From Balanoglossus misakiensis (taxonomy: Eukaryota; Animalia; Hemichordata): a stretch of DNA of 64,000 nt. Numbering within the stretch: position 1 is the stretch's first letter; the number at the start of each line of letters is the position of its first letter. Location of the stretch: NCBI GenBank assembly GCA_040954595.2, contig CM082592.2:7427677-7491676 (forward strand), in the 5' to 3' direction. Positions 52,701 through 64,000 of the stretch are shown here, one piece after another. The notes below the pieces were generated by a model. The model ran no database searches and had not been told where the DNA came from. It saw only the letters and a program-made list of their open reading frames with translations. Made by a program: the position numbers and the translations under genes.

Positions 52701-54999
52701 CCATTGGCCAATACACCGGAAGTGTTTGGTCTCCATCCTAATGCTGAGATCGGTTACTACACACAAGCGGCCAGAGACATGTGGGCACAGCTGATTGAAC
52801 TTCAACCGCAGACAGGTACGTGAGAATGCGACAACATGGTGCTGTTTGTGCCAAGGCTGACCCAACAGGCTAGTTTCTGATCTCTACGTCTCTTTTTGGT
52901 TTCAGGGGAGTCAAGCAGCGGCATCAGTCGGGACGACTTCATCGCGAACATCGCCACGGACATCCAGAGCAAATTGCCGGAGCAGTTTGAACTGGACAAA
53001 ATCCGCAAGCGCCTGGGGCTGGAGATCTCGCCGACCACTGTTGTCTTGCTGCAGGAATTGGAACGATTCAACAAACTGCTGGGAAGAATGAGTAAATCTT
53101 TGAATGAACTTCAGAGAGTGAGTCTTTCTCCAATTTTTGAGAGTGGTTCTTTTTCTTCCTTTACTGTTCGTATCCAACCGCTTTGTTTTTGCTGCACACA
53201 AGTTTCTTGTTCTAGGACCGGTACCCCCTGGACATTCTCTGGTTCTAGGATAGGCACCCCCTGAATAGTTAACTACCAGACACTTTAATACCCTAACCTT
53301 AATTTGGATAGAAAAATTGTTACAAATATATGACTTCCGTTTGCACTTTGATTTGTTTCTTTGGTATGATCCACTGTGGTTGCTTTATTTGAATTTTCGA
53401 ACGTCATTATTCAGAAGCACGTGAACTGATTCTTCTCGAAAACTTGAAATCAGTCATACCCTGAGTCTCACATGTATAAAAAAAGTCTCATTGTCAAGTC
53501 AAGGCAAGGTGTTTTTTTTTTTTTTTTTTTTGCTAACATCAGCATATGATCATATTTCAGGCTCTGAAGGGTGAAGTTGGTATGAGCAGTGAACTGGACG
53601 ATGTCTCACGCAGCTTGTTCAACGGCATGATTCCGTCCATCTGGCGGCGGCTGGCGCCCGACACGCTGAAGTCGCTGGGTAACTGGATGATTCACTTCCT
53701 GAGACGCCACCAGCAATATTCTACATGGGTGAGTTTCTTGGCTGATAGAGAGAGCCATTTCACTCCTACGCTCATGCACATTTACTAATTGTACTTAAAT
53801 ATATCAGAGGAGTGGGCGTTTGAAGCCTATGAGAAAAAAGAAAAAAGAAAAGAATGTTAACCATTCAAAGAAATAATTGGCAATGTTGGTGGTCAGCAGA
53901 AGTGGTTTGAGGCTCTGTTTCCCAGAAATCTGACAGTGAATAACTCGCCAAAATGAATAATCGGTGTTTACCGTTTATTCATTTTGACGAGATTTTTACA
54001 CTCGTATCCTACAAACAGGATGGCAGTTATGTGTGGTCGAATATTGATTCACTATATATCCACATGTAGAATAACACAAACGGTGTCTTGTAAGGGGCAG
54101 TGAGAGAGAGACTTTGTCCCTTTAATGATGTGATTGTTTCCGTCTGATTCCAGGTGAACGAGAGTGAACCAGCCGTAATGTGGCTGTCTGGCCTGCACAT
54201 CCCGGAGTCCTACTTGACCGCACTGGTGCAGGCAACGTGTCGCAAGAACGGCTGGCCACTTGATCGTTCCACGCTCTACACGACAGTGACCTCCTACCTG
54301 AATCCTGATGAAGTGAATGAACGGGCGCACCAGGGTAAATCAGAGTCCTTGCATACATTAATTCTGAGATTTTGATTATCGGCCTATCAGATTTTTTTCT
54401 TCTTTACCGATAATACGACACCACTGTGTTATGTTGCCACAGAAAACAATAGGTTTGGACTGAACCATGTGTACTACTGTATCCCCCACCACTGAATATA
54501 ACCATATCTTGTGTGTGTTTTCTCAGGATGTTTTGTCAGTGGTCTGTACCTGGAAGGTGCTGCTTGGGATAGGGAAGATGCCTGCTTGATCAGACAGAAA
54601 CCCAAACAGTTGATCACAGAGCTACCTATTCTCAAAGTCATCCCTATCGAAGCACACAGACTGAAACTACAGGTAAGGCTAGCTGTATGGGTATAAGTCA
54701 AGCATTGTATTCTCTGTCTGTCTGTGAAATTATCATTTTTCAAGATTTTTTCTCTAAATCAACACGGTGCATTTACTTGGCAATCATCATCCACAAGCGG
54801 AGTATTTCTGAGTAAAATTTTGTCATTTTATTGAAAATTCCCTTCGTTTCAGAACACCTTCCGTACACCAGTGTACACCACGTCTCAGCGGAGAAACGCC
54901 ATGGGTCTGGGTTTGGTGTTTGAGGCGGATCTGTCCACCCACGAGCACATCTCTCACTGGGTGTTGCAGGGTGTGTGTCTCATCCTGAACACCGACTAA
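19724..54999 (+). CDS. DNAH10: Dynein axonemal heavy chain 10 (inner arm I1/f alpha-type), complete, about 68 coding exons
   Basis: The N-terminus [23 protein letters not shown] and the segments [27 protein letters not shown] and [21 protein letters not shown] match DNAH10 as recalled. Four P-loops: GPAGTGKT (about 35560), GPTGGGKS (about 37350), GETGTSKT (about 39145), GVG|GSGKQ (about 42850/43256). Also [10 protein letters not shown], the stalk/MTBD (RSFAKPP), AAA5/6 and the C-terminal [14 protein letters not shown] (last exon 54853-54999). First exons 19724-19940, 20240-20410, 20685-20875, 21382-21606, 21763-22577. The junctions checked are GT-AG and in phase. Confidence 0.96.
21226..21326. 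repeat. Fold-back inverted repeat (about 100 bp) in DNAH10 intron 3
   Basis: Perfect 17-bp outer arms TACGGTGACGTCTTTTA / TAAAAGACGTCACCGTA, then imperfect pairing to inner TTATGCTGT / ACAGCATAA. Confidence 0.8.
24433..24525. mobile_element. piggyBac-like MITE, copy in opposite orientation
   Basis: TTAACCCTTTCACC..GGTGAAAGGGTTCA; the interior is reverse-complement similar to 2705-2797. Confidence 0.78.
25007..25066 (+). CDS. DNAH10: Putative 60-nt polyglutamine cassette exon of DNAH10 (ETEQTS-Q12-SQ)
   Basis: Acceptor CTATAG (25001-25006) and donor GTAATT (25067). Phase 1-1, matching upstream exon end GCA G| (24317) and downstream exon start 25980. Confidence 0.65.
28981..29066. mobile_element. 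piggyBac-like MITE, right end eroded
   Basis: TTAACCCTTACACCCC..GAGGTCCA..CCATAGAAA..AATGG..TTTGGACCAAACCATGGTGG, colinear with 2705-2797. Confidence 0.72.
29729..29870. mobile_element. TA-flanked Tc1/pogo-like MITE
   Basis: TA-CAGTCAAA ... TTTGACTG-TA termini with internal GGCCAC repeats. Confidence 0.6.
40570..42150 (-). mobile_element. Decayed non-LTR retrotransposon (L1/Tx1-like ORF2: endonuclease, linker, start of RT)
   Basis: Minus-strand translation across stops and frameshifts gives ordered motif remnants: TGGVYD (GGDFN-like), [19 protein letters not shown] (TW..RIDY.. motif), KSDQ (SDH-like), LNPGF..NNDIM (GPG.W.LN.SLL-like) and [14 protein letters not shown] (KSPGPDG..EFYK-like). 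Confidence 0.55.
45030..45188. repeat. Intronic mixed trinucleotide tract (GAT/GGT/CGT/GAG)
   Basis: Low-complexity run that explains the Asp/Gly-rich and His-rich ORFs on the two strands. Confidence 0.8.
46375..46468. mobile_element. piggyBac-like MITE, full copy
   Basis: TTAACCCTATCAGCCC..GAGGTCCAAC..CATAGAAAACAATGG..GGTGGTGAAAAGGGTTAA. Confidence 0.78.
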
Positions 55000-55281
55000 A
55001 AACAGACGCGGTTTGGGAAGACGGACATAAACGCTAACGTGACTTCTGTTGTTAGTGGTTACGCCACGGGGACAGAACAGAACTCGGTTGTTTTATTCAA
55101 TTGCAACAGAAAAAGGTCCGCCACTTGTTTGTAATTGTTTGCTCGCATTGCATTCTGTTGAAAATACATGCAGATACGTTAATCTCTGCTAATCTCTGCC
55201 GGCCAGGCGTTTGTGTTTGATGGCTTTGATAAAAACAAAGCCGTATAATTCTCTGTGTGTTTTATTAGCGTGTGTGTATGT

Positions 55282-55956
55282 AATAAAGAGGTATTCATGA
55301 TCACATCATTTTACACATAATCTGCAGGCGAATCTCCTCATCTACATTTTAGTATCACAATCCGTCCAGTGTTTTTTATGAATACTAGCACGTTTAGTAT
55401 TTACCCGATCTCAGCTTTTCTCGTGTTGAAAAAATGGAGAGAAAGCTCTCCTTGCTAGATTAATGGGCTTGTACATATCAAGTGTAAAACACAACGTTCC
55501 CCGACTGCAAGCTATCTCCAGGACCAGAAAAAAAACACACACACTAGTTTGAATTTTCTTGAAATGCAATAAATGAACTCTAAGGTCCAAATACTACAGG
55601 ATATGTCTGTACTTATTAATTTAGTCCCAGCCACCCCGCCCACCCCTCATTACCTGTGCAACATGGCCACACCCTGTTGTTTCCAGTGATATGGGTGGGC
55701 CTATAAGCACATTGGTGGGGAAGGACCTATTAAATGTGATATATTCCCTCCATGCATTCCAAATGTAATTTGTATTTATAACATGTTTATAACACAGAGT
55801 TTTGTGAATAGCATTGTATTGTTTTCACTTTTTTGTAAATTTAAGATGTGTAAAAGCAGTGTACATCATTTCAGACCTAAAATTCTTAGAAATGTAAAAA
55901 AAATATATCCAAAAGATATTTAATTCTATTCTGTACTGTTTTATATCTTTAATAAA
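55282..55956 (+). terminator. Candidate polyadenylation signals of DNAH10
   Basis: AATAAA at 55282, 55568 and 55951, downstream of the stop at 54999. Confidence 0.5.
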
Positions 55957-57453
55957 AGTATTTCTTTATTAAATTTCAAGGTCACGTGATGCTTGTTTTT
56001 CCAGCTTGTTTTTTATCAATCCCAGGGTGAAAAGAACTTTGAGATAATCATTTATTTGTTAGTTTCTCAGCATAAAGTGTGCCTTTTTGTGTGTCCAGTA
56101 TACCATCGATTGTCTGATGCGCATGCACAGTCCCTCAAGAAAGACGATCGGGAATCTCCTATTGTTCGCAAGTGGATTAGCTGTAGGATGCGCGTTTCGG
56201 TCACGTGACTATCTTACAGTTGCGTAGCGGTAGTCGCTCTACTATCTTTGATGATTTTCCCGATATGTTAGTTATGTTTCAAGTATATTCCAATTCATTC
56301 GACACGTTTTTAAAGACAAGGGAAGTGCACAGTTTGTGTATCAAATCGCTTCTTATAGCACTCACGGGCGTGGTAATTTTCAACTGTGGATTGTGGGCAT
56401 ACTCATTTTGCGGGCGTTTCTGGGACCGCTTTAATTTCTGACCCTTTTTTCGATGTTTTTCTTTCTCGATAACTGTTACCAAAAGCTATGTATGTTAACT
56501 CCAATATATAAGGTGTTATGCAACTATATCAAAAATGAACGTTCTATTATACTTGTGCAGGAATCGGTCATTTGCGTCGATGTTTGATTTTACTGTGGAT
56601 TGTGGGCATACACATTTTCACGCCGCAAAGCACAGTGGGTAATTTTCTACCACAGCCGCGCATTTCAACCCTGGTTCCAATGGCAGGTAACTACGGGTGA
56701 AAGGATTAAAATCACCGGCAGATTTTACAACAAGTGACGGTGTCACCAGCTGAGTTGAATTTGTAGCGCTGGACACTATCACCTAGCTTCAATGTCAAAG
56801 TCACGTTGCCGTGCTTGTGGATGGTACGTGTGTGGTCCTTAGCCAAGTTTCAAAGAGATCCTTTTGAGGATGAAGGAAGTGAACATCACAGTATTCCTAC
56901 AGGAATAACATCAGTCGTGCGTCAGTTACAGCAATATTAAATTTTGTGGACGGACGTAGTATGAAGAGAGAGAATTTCAGAATTCAAATTTTATCCTTTA
57001 GGCCTACAGTCGACAAAAAAAAACAGTACTCGTAAACGGATGGAACTACAATGTATATGCCTTTGGTTTACGTTGATGTAAACCGCACATTCTCCTGAAC
57101 TTGTTAATAAAATATCTGCAACTCTGGTTATTCTCCACCATTTTAGACCCTGCCAACATAACTTTTTATTTCAGACTCTCAAACTACAACTCCATTAGTG
57201 TATTTACGCTGTACTGATTTTTCGTTTTCGCCGATTTTAACTTTGACCCTGAAAAAGACCACCTGTGTGTCGTCGAAATGTTTTGTTGTTGTTGTTTTGT
57301 TGCTTTTGGTTTGTTTGTTTTTTTGGGGGGCATTGCTTAATTAACCTTTTACTCACGTTTACTGAACACGTTCGGTTTTCTTTATTTCCTGGAAGAACCC
57401 GTACGAGTGTCATGTCTGAAAAACATGAGACCTGTCAGTAACTTTGCGAACTC

Positions 57454-57490
57454 TATATAACACGTCCGCACCAAATGCACCGTTCACAAT
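57454..57490 (+). promoter_or_regulatory. TATA box and initiator-like element of the small GTPase gene
   Basis: TATATAA at 57454-57460 with TTCACAA about 30 nt downstream (57483-57489). Confidence 0.45.
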
Positions 57491-57557
57491 GTGCTGTCCA
57501 CTGTATCCGTTCAAAGTCGCTATGCACTCCATCATAGACACCAAAAGAGGTGTTTAT

Positions 57558-58478
57558 ATGGGGAAAGCCGAGAGCGTCGTCAAGGTGAGGACGCAGATGG
57601 AGATTTTTGAACGGGAGAGAACCACCTTCCAGTCGGCCCGGGTGGTTCTCATGGGCGATTCGGGCGTCGGCAAGTCTGCCATCGTCGCTCGGTACCTGTA
57701 CGGAGACTACCGGGAGTATCACGAGAGAACTGTCGAAGACTTTCACAGCCAAACTTTCCTGGTGGGCAAGGTAAGTTTTTTCTCAAGCTGTCGTCTCCTT
57801 TGCGATGTGCTCTCGCGACTCGATTAATTGAACATCGAAGTCAATTGCAAATGTGGTCGTGAAAGTGTGTCCACAGTTACATGGCACTGCAAATTCAAGT
57901 TTATGAAATGTAGAGAACACGTTTATACATATGAATACGACTCGCCCGTATAACCCACCGGCAATGTAGTTGGTGAAATTAATCACCGTGGTGAATATAC
58001 ATGTAGTATAGTATGCCCCTCTCAAATCACAGTCTTACATTAATTAGTTATCAAACTTTGCTCAGGCCAACTTTTGTTGTTTTTCTGTGATCGCCAGGTT
58101 CTTCTACAGCTGGATATGATAGACACGACCGGGTCGTACATCTTTCCAGCCATGAGACGGGTGGCCATCTCAAGGGGAGACGTCTTCGTCCTGGTGTACT
58201 CGATCGACGATTTCAACTCGTACCAGGAGGTCTTGAAACTCCAGAAAGAAATAGCCGATCAGCGGGCGAAGCGAAATTACTCGGTGGTGGTCGTCGGCAA
58301 TAAGTTGGATCTTCAGGAGAAGAGGGCAGTCGCCCCGGACGAGGCTGAGATGATGTCGTGCGGGGCAGGGGAAGAATTTCTTGAGACGTCAGCCAGAGAA
58401 GATGTTAACCTCGATCTTTTGTTTGAAAAAATATTTTACCAGTGTGTGCGTGGGAAAGACACAGTGAATGTAATGTAA
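57558..58478 (+). CDS. Ras-family small GTPase, Di-Ras/Rhes-like, two exons (57558-57770, 58098-58478)
   Basis: G1 GDSGVGKS, G2 RTVEDF, G3 DTTGSYIFPAM (DTTGS is Di-Ras-like), G4 VGNKLD, G5 ETSAR. Phase-0 intron AAG|GTAAGT...CCAG|GTT. Upstream in-frame ATGs at 57489 and 57522 make the start uncertain. Confidence 0.88.
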
Positions 58479-59352
58479 ATGTAAAAAAAAGTTTTGCAGA
58501 TGTGAGTAACAAACAGAAATAGTGTATTTTCTTATTATATTTCAATTAAAAAACGTCAAATATATACATTTATATACATGTATAGAAATAGATAGAATGC
58601 GTGAATATAGGGTATTCTCAAACAAGATACAACGAAAATAAATAAGATTTGCATAAGGCCCGTGAGCAAAGGAAAGAAAACCGTTGCCATGGATTTCTAA
58701 AGGAGGCCTGTCCATGCTCGCTGGGGCAATTAAACCTTAGCGCGTACGTACGTGCATGGGTGGGCCAGTTTCCGAGAGTTCCGGACCGTACCGACAGGTT
58801 TCCCACAATCGACTGGTGTCACGATTCCCGGATAAAATGGTCGTTTTTATCATATCTGTTTAATAGAGCATCATGGTAGGCCTATGTGAACCTCAACGGC
58901 GCCCATCAGTTGTACTAAGTCCAGATAGCTGCGTCCAGAGTTACTGTACTAGTATCTCCAACGCAACATGTTTTTACAATTATATCAGTGCCCTTCAAAG
59001 AATGCGCGGTTTGCATTGGTTTTGTGCATTAGGCTACCAGGTAGAACATCTTGAATATCTGCCCACTACAAGATGCATTCATGATAAATGTGGAATTCAG
59101 AAATACGGTATATTGGCACAGTAAATGACAATAAATCAGCACTTTACTCGATGCCTAGTCTGTTGTTGTTGTTTTTTCTTCACCCCGTTCGTCACCGCTG
59201 GAATATAACCCTTGTTGGTACTGGCATGCCAACCTTCACCAGATGACGTCATATAGTCCCCGCCGCTGCCATGCCAACCATGTACATGTGTGTATTGTGG
59301 TGTTTTCTGGTGATCGGTAGTAGGCATACAAACGAATATACTTTATTTTTAA

Positions 59353-59369
59353 TGCCACTAGGTGGCGTG
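59353..59369 (+). promoter_or_regulatory. CTCF-like motif
   Basis: TGCCACTAGGTGGCGTG closely matches the CCAC(C/T)AG(G/A)(G/T)GGC core. A CRE palindrome TGACGTCA lies at 59244. Confidence 0.45.
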
Positions 59370-60740
59370 ATTATCCGACCAATCTATATACGTGACGCGT
59401 ATTGCTCGACAAACGTTTAAACAATTGCCTAATGATGGACACATTTCTTGTAATACCATCGTGTAGAGATCTGCAACAAGAACAATAATGTAATATTGTC
59501 ATTTTTCAACGAATGTATATATAATATATATATATAATACAATTATATGGTACTATCACTTTGTTAAGGGCTCCTGTGATCCCAATGAATTGAATAACAC
59601 TGTCCGTATTTTATGGTTACTGTTTTATGCCAGTGCCGGATTGCTGTAATTCTCAGCCATAAATCCGAATAACTCCGGCAAATTTTACGGTCCCGCAATC
59701 AGTTACCTGTTAAATCGTTTTAGGAGAGTGTTTACTTAGAGTACTATCCATCTATCATATATCTCCACACTTAAAAATTTTGTCCATCTTCAAAAGTACA
59801 GTGTATATGTGAATCTGCGTCGCAAGGTTGCTGCTGATTGGCTAATTCCCTTGTCGACTCGCTGATCACTGAGAAGCAGGTGCGCGGCAGGTGTGCGCGT
59901 GGAAGAACCTATTGGAATACGCCATCCGATGCGGCCCCCCCCCCCCCCCCTCCACCAAAAAATAACTAGAGCAGCACTCATATCGGGCACGAACATTGTG
60001 AATTTAAGCTCCGACGGTCTTTTGGTGAAAGTTGTAGGCCCATATTTGAAACCTCAGGAGATGCAACCTGTTGTATTATTTGCATCATTTTAATTGATAA
60101 ACTACACAACTGGTTCACGTAGCTCTCCTTGCTGATGACATGTGTATGTAAGTATAGTTCCTCATGTATGGTAATAGGTCGGTGCAATGCGACCCCGTCA
60201 CCTGTAAAATACATTACGTTCCACGTGGTCCCTGTAATGGTCCTATACCAGCGGCGACCTTGTCCCCAGAAAAATGCAGGGTGTACTTTTTCTCACAGCA
60301 TGTACTGTGTACAGATGCGACCGATTGATGGACAAGGGGAATAAGACAGCATATCTTTATGTGACAGAAATATTTTTATTGATTTAGACTAGCAAGAGTG
60401 GTTTTGTTTAGAGGCCGCGGCTAACAACGAATTCGCGGGTATATCATTCCTGTTTTTGTTGAATTGAAATATCACAAAAGGAGAAAAAAGGTCATTATTT
60501 GATAAACGACGGGCTCAATTTTTTAATCGTTGTTTCTGTGTCACCAAAGTAACATCCATCAATTTTGACCCAATTTAGACGAAAGAGGAAAGTGTCGGGA
60601 TGGGTTGGTTTGGGCTGGGCAAGGAAGCATACCGATACTTGCAAGGCTTACTCCCAAGAATCGTGATATCCCAACAACCTAGCTCCAAATGGAATGTTCC
60701 GTGCTGCGAGGTTTTCAAGTGGACAGATAACGCTATCAAA

Positions 60741-60998
60741 CCAATATGATTGGATGTTGATAAGAGACCATGGGTAACACCTGCCCGCCACTATATAAAC
60801 AAGTAAGCGTGCTCTCAACTCAGGACTTGCTTTCGCGGGGAACCGCCCTGCCAGAATGTGTCGGCAGACAACCGTGGTGTGCCAGTATTCCGGAACAACA
60901 TCTGCAGGAAAAGAACTGCCCCCAAGTTATCATGTGGACGCCAGGTTTAATATCGTCAGCGCAACTGTATACACCGAGCTGAGAGTTCGACATCACAG
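60741..60998 (+). promoter_or_regulatory. Putative core promoter and first exon of a further gene
   Basis: CCAAT/ATTGG pair (60741-60753), GC box CCCGCC (60784), TATATAAA (60792-60799), ATG 60856 with an open frame to a strong donor CAG|GTAAGG at 60998/60999. Confidence 0.45.
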
Positions 60999-61398
60999 GT
61001 AAGGGAACACATCCATGCTATTGTACAGGCGTGTCCCCCCCCCCCTTTTTTTCGGGACGGACGTATCAAAAGAGGAATTGGAAATGGTTGGAACGGATGA
61101 AATAGAGTATTAGTAGGCCCTACATTAAACAAAATGGCCGTTTTCAGGAGGTAACTAATGAATTTGGACAAAGTTCTTGCAGATCATCTCATAAAAAAAA
61201 CTGTGCGCCGCGCCTTGTAGCAATAGAAGAAATTCCCCAACCGCCAGGATCTTTGCCGGCGGCTATGCACGAGAAAGTGTACACTGTGTCAGAAAAGGTC
61301 ACCCATTTCTAAACTTGTCGTTACGGCCAAGCAAACTTGTGTGCGTAGCATTAGGTCTAATTTGTTATAATCAACCCATCAATCACGTAGTGACCGTG

Positions 61399-61457
61399 AA
61401 TCAATCAATCAATCAATCAATCAGTCACAGTCATCTCTATGTCCAGGAATGACTGCA

Positions 61458-61491
<34 letters not shown>

Positions 61492-61504
61492 TGAGAGAGA
61501 GAGA
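61399..61504. repeat. (ATCA)n plus compound (CG)n(AG)n microsatellites
   Basis: Read directly. Other short arrays: (TC)n 9785-9804, (TG)n 43028-43049, (GATT)n about 51179-51207. Confidence 0.9.
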
Positions 61505-64000
61505 CAGCCATCCAACAATTGAAAGGGAATGTTTTCTTTTATACAAAAACGGTTGGACATGACTCCAGGCTTGTAAGAATGTTATAAGGCGGCTACACGC
61601 AGAAACGTGCCTTTTATGTTCATCGACCCACGTTCTCGATATTCCTTCACATCCGTTTATTCGGAGGCCGTTCGTTTACAGACGGTAAGAATGAATGTCC
61701 ATTGACGGCGTCTGATGCAAGAAAGTGTTAGTAGAAAGCTTGTGTCATTGTTCATCTGTAATTTGGTCCCGTTCATCTTTGACAGACGGGGAGACAAACA
61801 GACAGAAGCATATTCACCATTCATTTAGCCACATTGATTTAGCAGAGAAATAATAACAGCTTAATTACCAGTAATGTGGCGTTCAACAAGGATCAATTTT
61901 AGGCCCACCCTTGTATCGCAGTCTGTGCGTGCATCGCAGGAGTAAATATTGACGGAGTTGATAGGAAAATTCATGTTTTTTTTAACCCATCTCCATATGT
62001 CGATTGCGATTCAAGTTCAACTTGAACGAAACCTATAGTCGAAATAATCATCTCGTAAAGATGTGTGCATCGGTATTTTCCCGACATCTGCATTTTCACT
62101 GATTGAATCATTTATGAGACAAAAATGGTGGAGTGACGGGCTAAAATAAACACATATAGTGTACACGTGTTGTTCAAGAGCGACTTTGGAGCATTTTAAT
62201 CATTTTGTTTTACACCAGTCTTTTTTACATGTAATGTCAGGTCTGGGGCGTCTAAACGCTGGGTTCAGAAAGCCAACCCTTGGTATTCCAAATCCACTTG
62301 CGCGGCACACAGGCAGTTTGTGTAGTCGTGTCTCTGCCACTGAAACTCCAAGCTATTCTAGAATTGGCAGTAACAGCCCGGCACTTAGAGTACATGTACA
62401 TCCAAAGAGAGAATATTAATGGATTGCCAACATCTTGAAATGCGCGGGCGTCATGATCCGCTTCTCGAGCAAGCTATACCTCTCACCTTTTCCACATTCG
62501 TCGTTCTTGTATCAGCGATTTGGTGGTTGCATGTCACCACGTGAATACATTTGACAGAATCACTATTCTGGTCGATTTGAGGCAGGGTTTGTAACTGCAA
62601 CATTTGGCATTCCGTTTCAAATTTTCTTTGGAAATTACTGGACAAACCAAGTCGGAGAAATTGTATAGCTTTTTTTGCAATTACCTCGTTCTGTGTGGGC
62701 CTACACATTACACGTTTTTTTCAAAGCCATATTTCTTATCAAATGCGAAGGTGAAACCTTTAAAAATGTATTTTCTCTGAGTATCTGAACTATCTATCAA
62801 TTGCATGTAATTAGTTTACTCGAACCCTGAAATTCTCATTATTTGAAATATGTCATTGAAAAGTGTATACCTTCAAGATTTGGTGTTGCTTTCTAAAAGT
62901 GAGCTTCTCGTAAGAATAATAGAAGTTGACGTAAACCGAATATCTTCTCGAGATCGAGAGGAGGGGAGAAAGAGGGGGGGGGGAAGTGAAAGGAGAGAGA
63001 GATATAATAGGAATGAGGGAGATTGAGTTTTACACTCTGACGGATACACCCCCAGGGGACAATAGAGACAGAGAAACATCGTCAAGGGAACAGAGAAGAG
63101 ATCACATTTTGGCTTTATCAAAAACATGCGTTCTCCTTTAATCTTTTTGAGAAGATCTCTCAGTTGTTGTAAATGAAAAGAAAAACCATCCCATCTCAGT
63201 TTATCACACTACTGTTTGAATTTGTTTGGCGTTGAATACGAAGTGAATTTGTTTTGTTCTGTTCAGGATGAAAAATATATGGGCCTGCCCGACTGTATTA
63301 GAAACTCGAACTAATTTTAATCCATCATTCCCCATGGAGACCAAGAAAATACCAGACGTCAAAGAAGGGACGTGTTTACTTAATAGTAGCCATTACTCCC
63401 GGCAGCTAAGATGTTTTGTGTTTTGTGTGAGTGGGGTGGAATGAAAGAACGCCGACATGCAACTTCATGATAGGGAACTAGCATTGATCACGTTGTGGCC
63501 ACTGGCTATGAGAGATGAACGGCGAATCATACATCACGACCCACGTTTCGCTTGAAAGAGGACCCTGGTTTTTTTCTCCCGGGGGTACAGGATGGTTTGC
63601 CCCGCTTTTAAGCCGGTGTTGTTAGTCGCGCGTTTCTTTTGATCGCGCACATCGGAATATTAAAATTCAGCAGCGGCTCAGCCTCTAGGTGAGGGCATAA
63701 ACCGTATTTAAAAGGGAGATAGAGGCGCGGTGGGGCGGGTGGTAAAAACAGAACGACATTTCACTCCGCTGAGCACTACACTTTGTCCGTCTCCGTCTCC
63801 GCTGAGTGGGATCCACTTCTAACGTTCGTTCGCCCAACTCTTGATCGACGCGGCAATGCTTGTCGCCCGGCGGCCCGCAGCAACAGACACCCAGAAGCAG
63901 ACACCGTGTAAACCACAGTTCACCTTGTCGTATATCTGTGGCTTCCCACAGTGTTAGCGGGGGGCCACGCTGTCGGATGGAAATCACACAGCGACGCGAC

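Overview
Intron-rich animal genomic DNA, not prokaryotic. Exons are GC-richer, introns are AT-rich with GT-AG boundaries; the gene set suggests a marine invertebrate (inference only). Left to right: (1) the terminal exon of a C2H2 zinc-finger gene ending in an Ikaros/Hunchback-type finger pair (+, to 1745); (2) a convergent 9-exon Deltex WWE-RING-DTC E3 ligase gene (-, 3609-18831) with an 11.9 kb first intron; (3) head-to-head with it, a complete axonemal dynein heavy chain 10 gene of about 68 exons (+, 19724-54999); (4) a two-exon Di-Ras-like small GTPase (+, 57558-58478) that lacks a CaaX box but begins MGKAES; (5) promoter and first-exon signals of a further gene near 60.7-61.0 kb and 63.7 kb. 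Non-coding DNA holds several MITE families (piggyBac-like, TTAAAGG-ended, TA-flanked Tc1/pogo-like), a decayed L1/Tx1-type LINE in a dynein intron, a fold-back hairpin and microsatellites. The best leads are the apparent lipid-anchor switch in the GTPase, a polyQ cassette exon plus candidate microexons in DNAH10, and the shared Deltex/DNAH10 promoter with RFX and CSL motifs. All calls were read by eye; no database searches were run. No CRISPR array, rRNA or tRNA was found.
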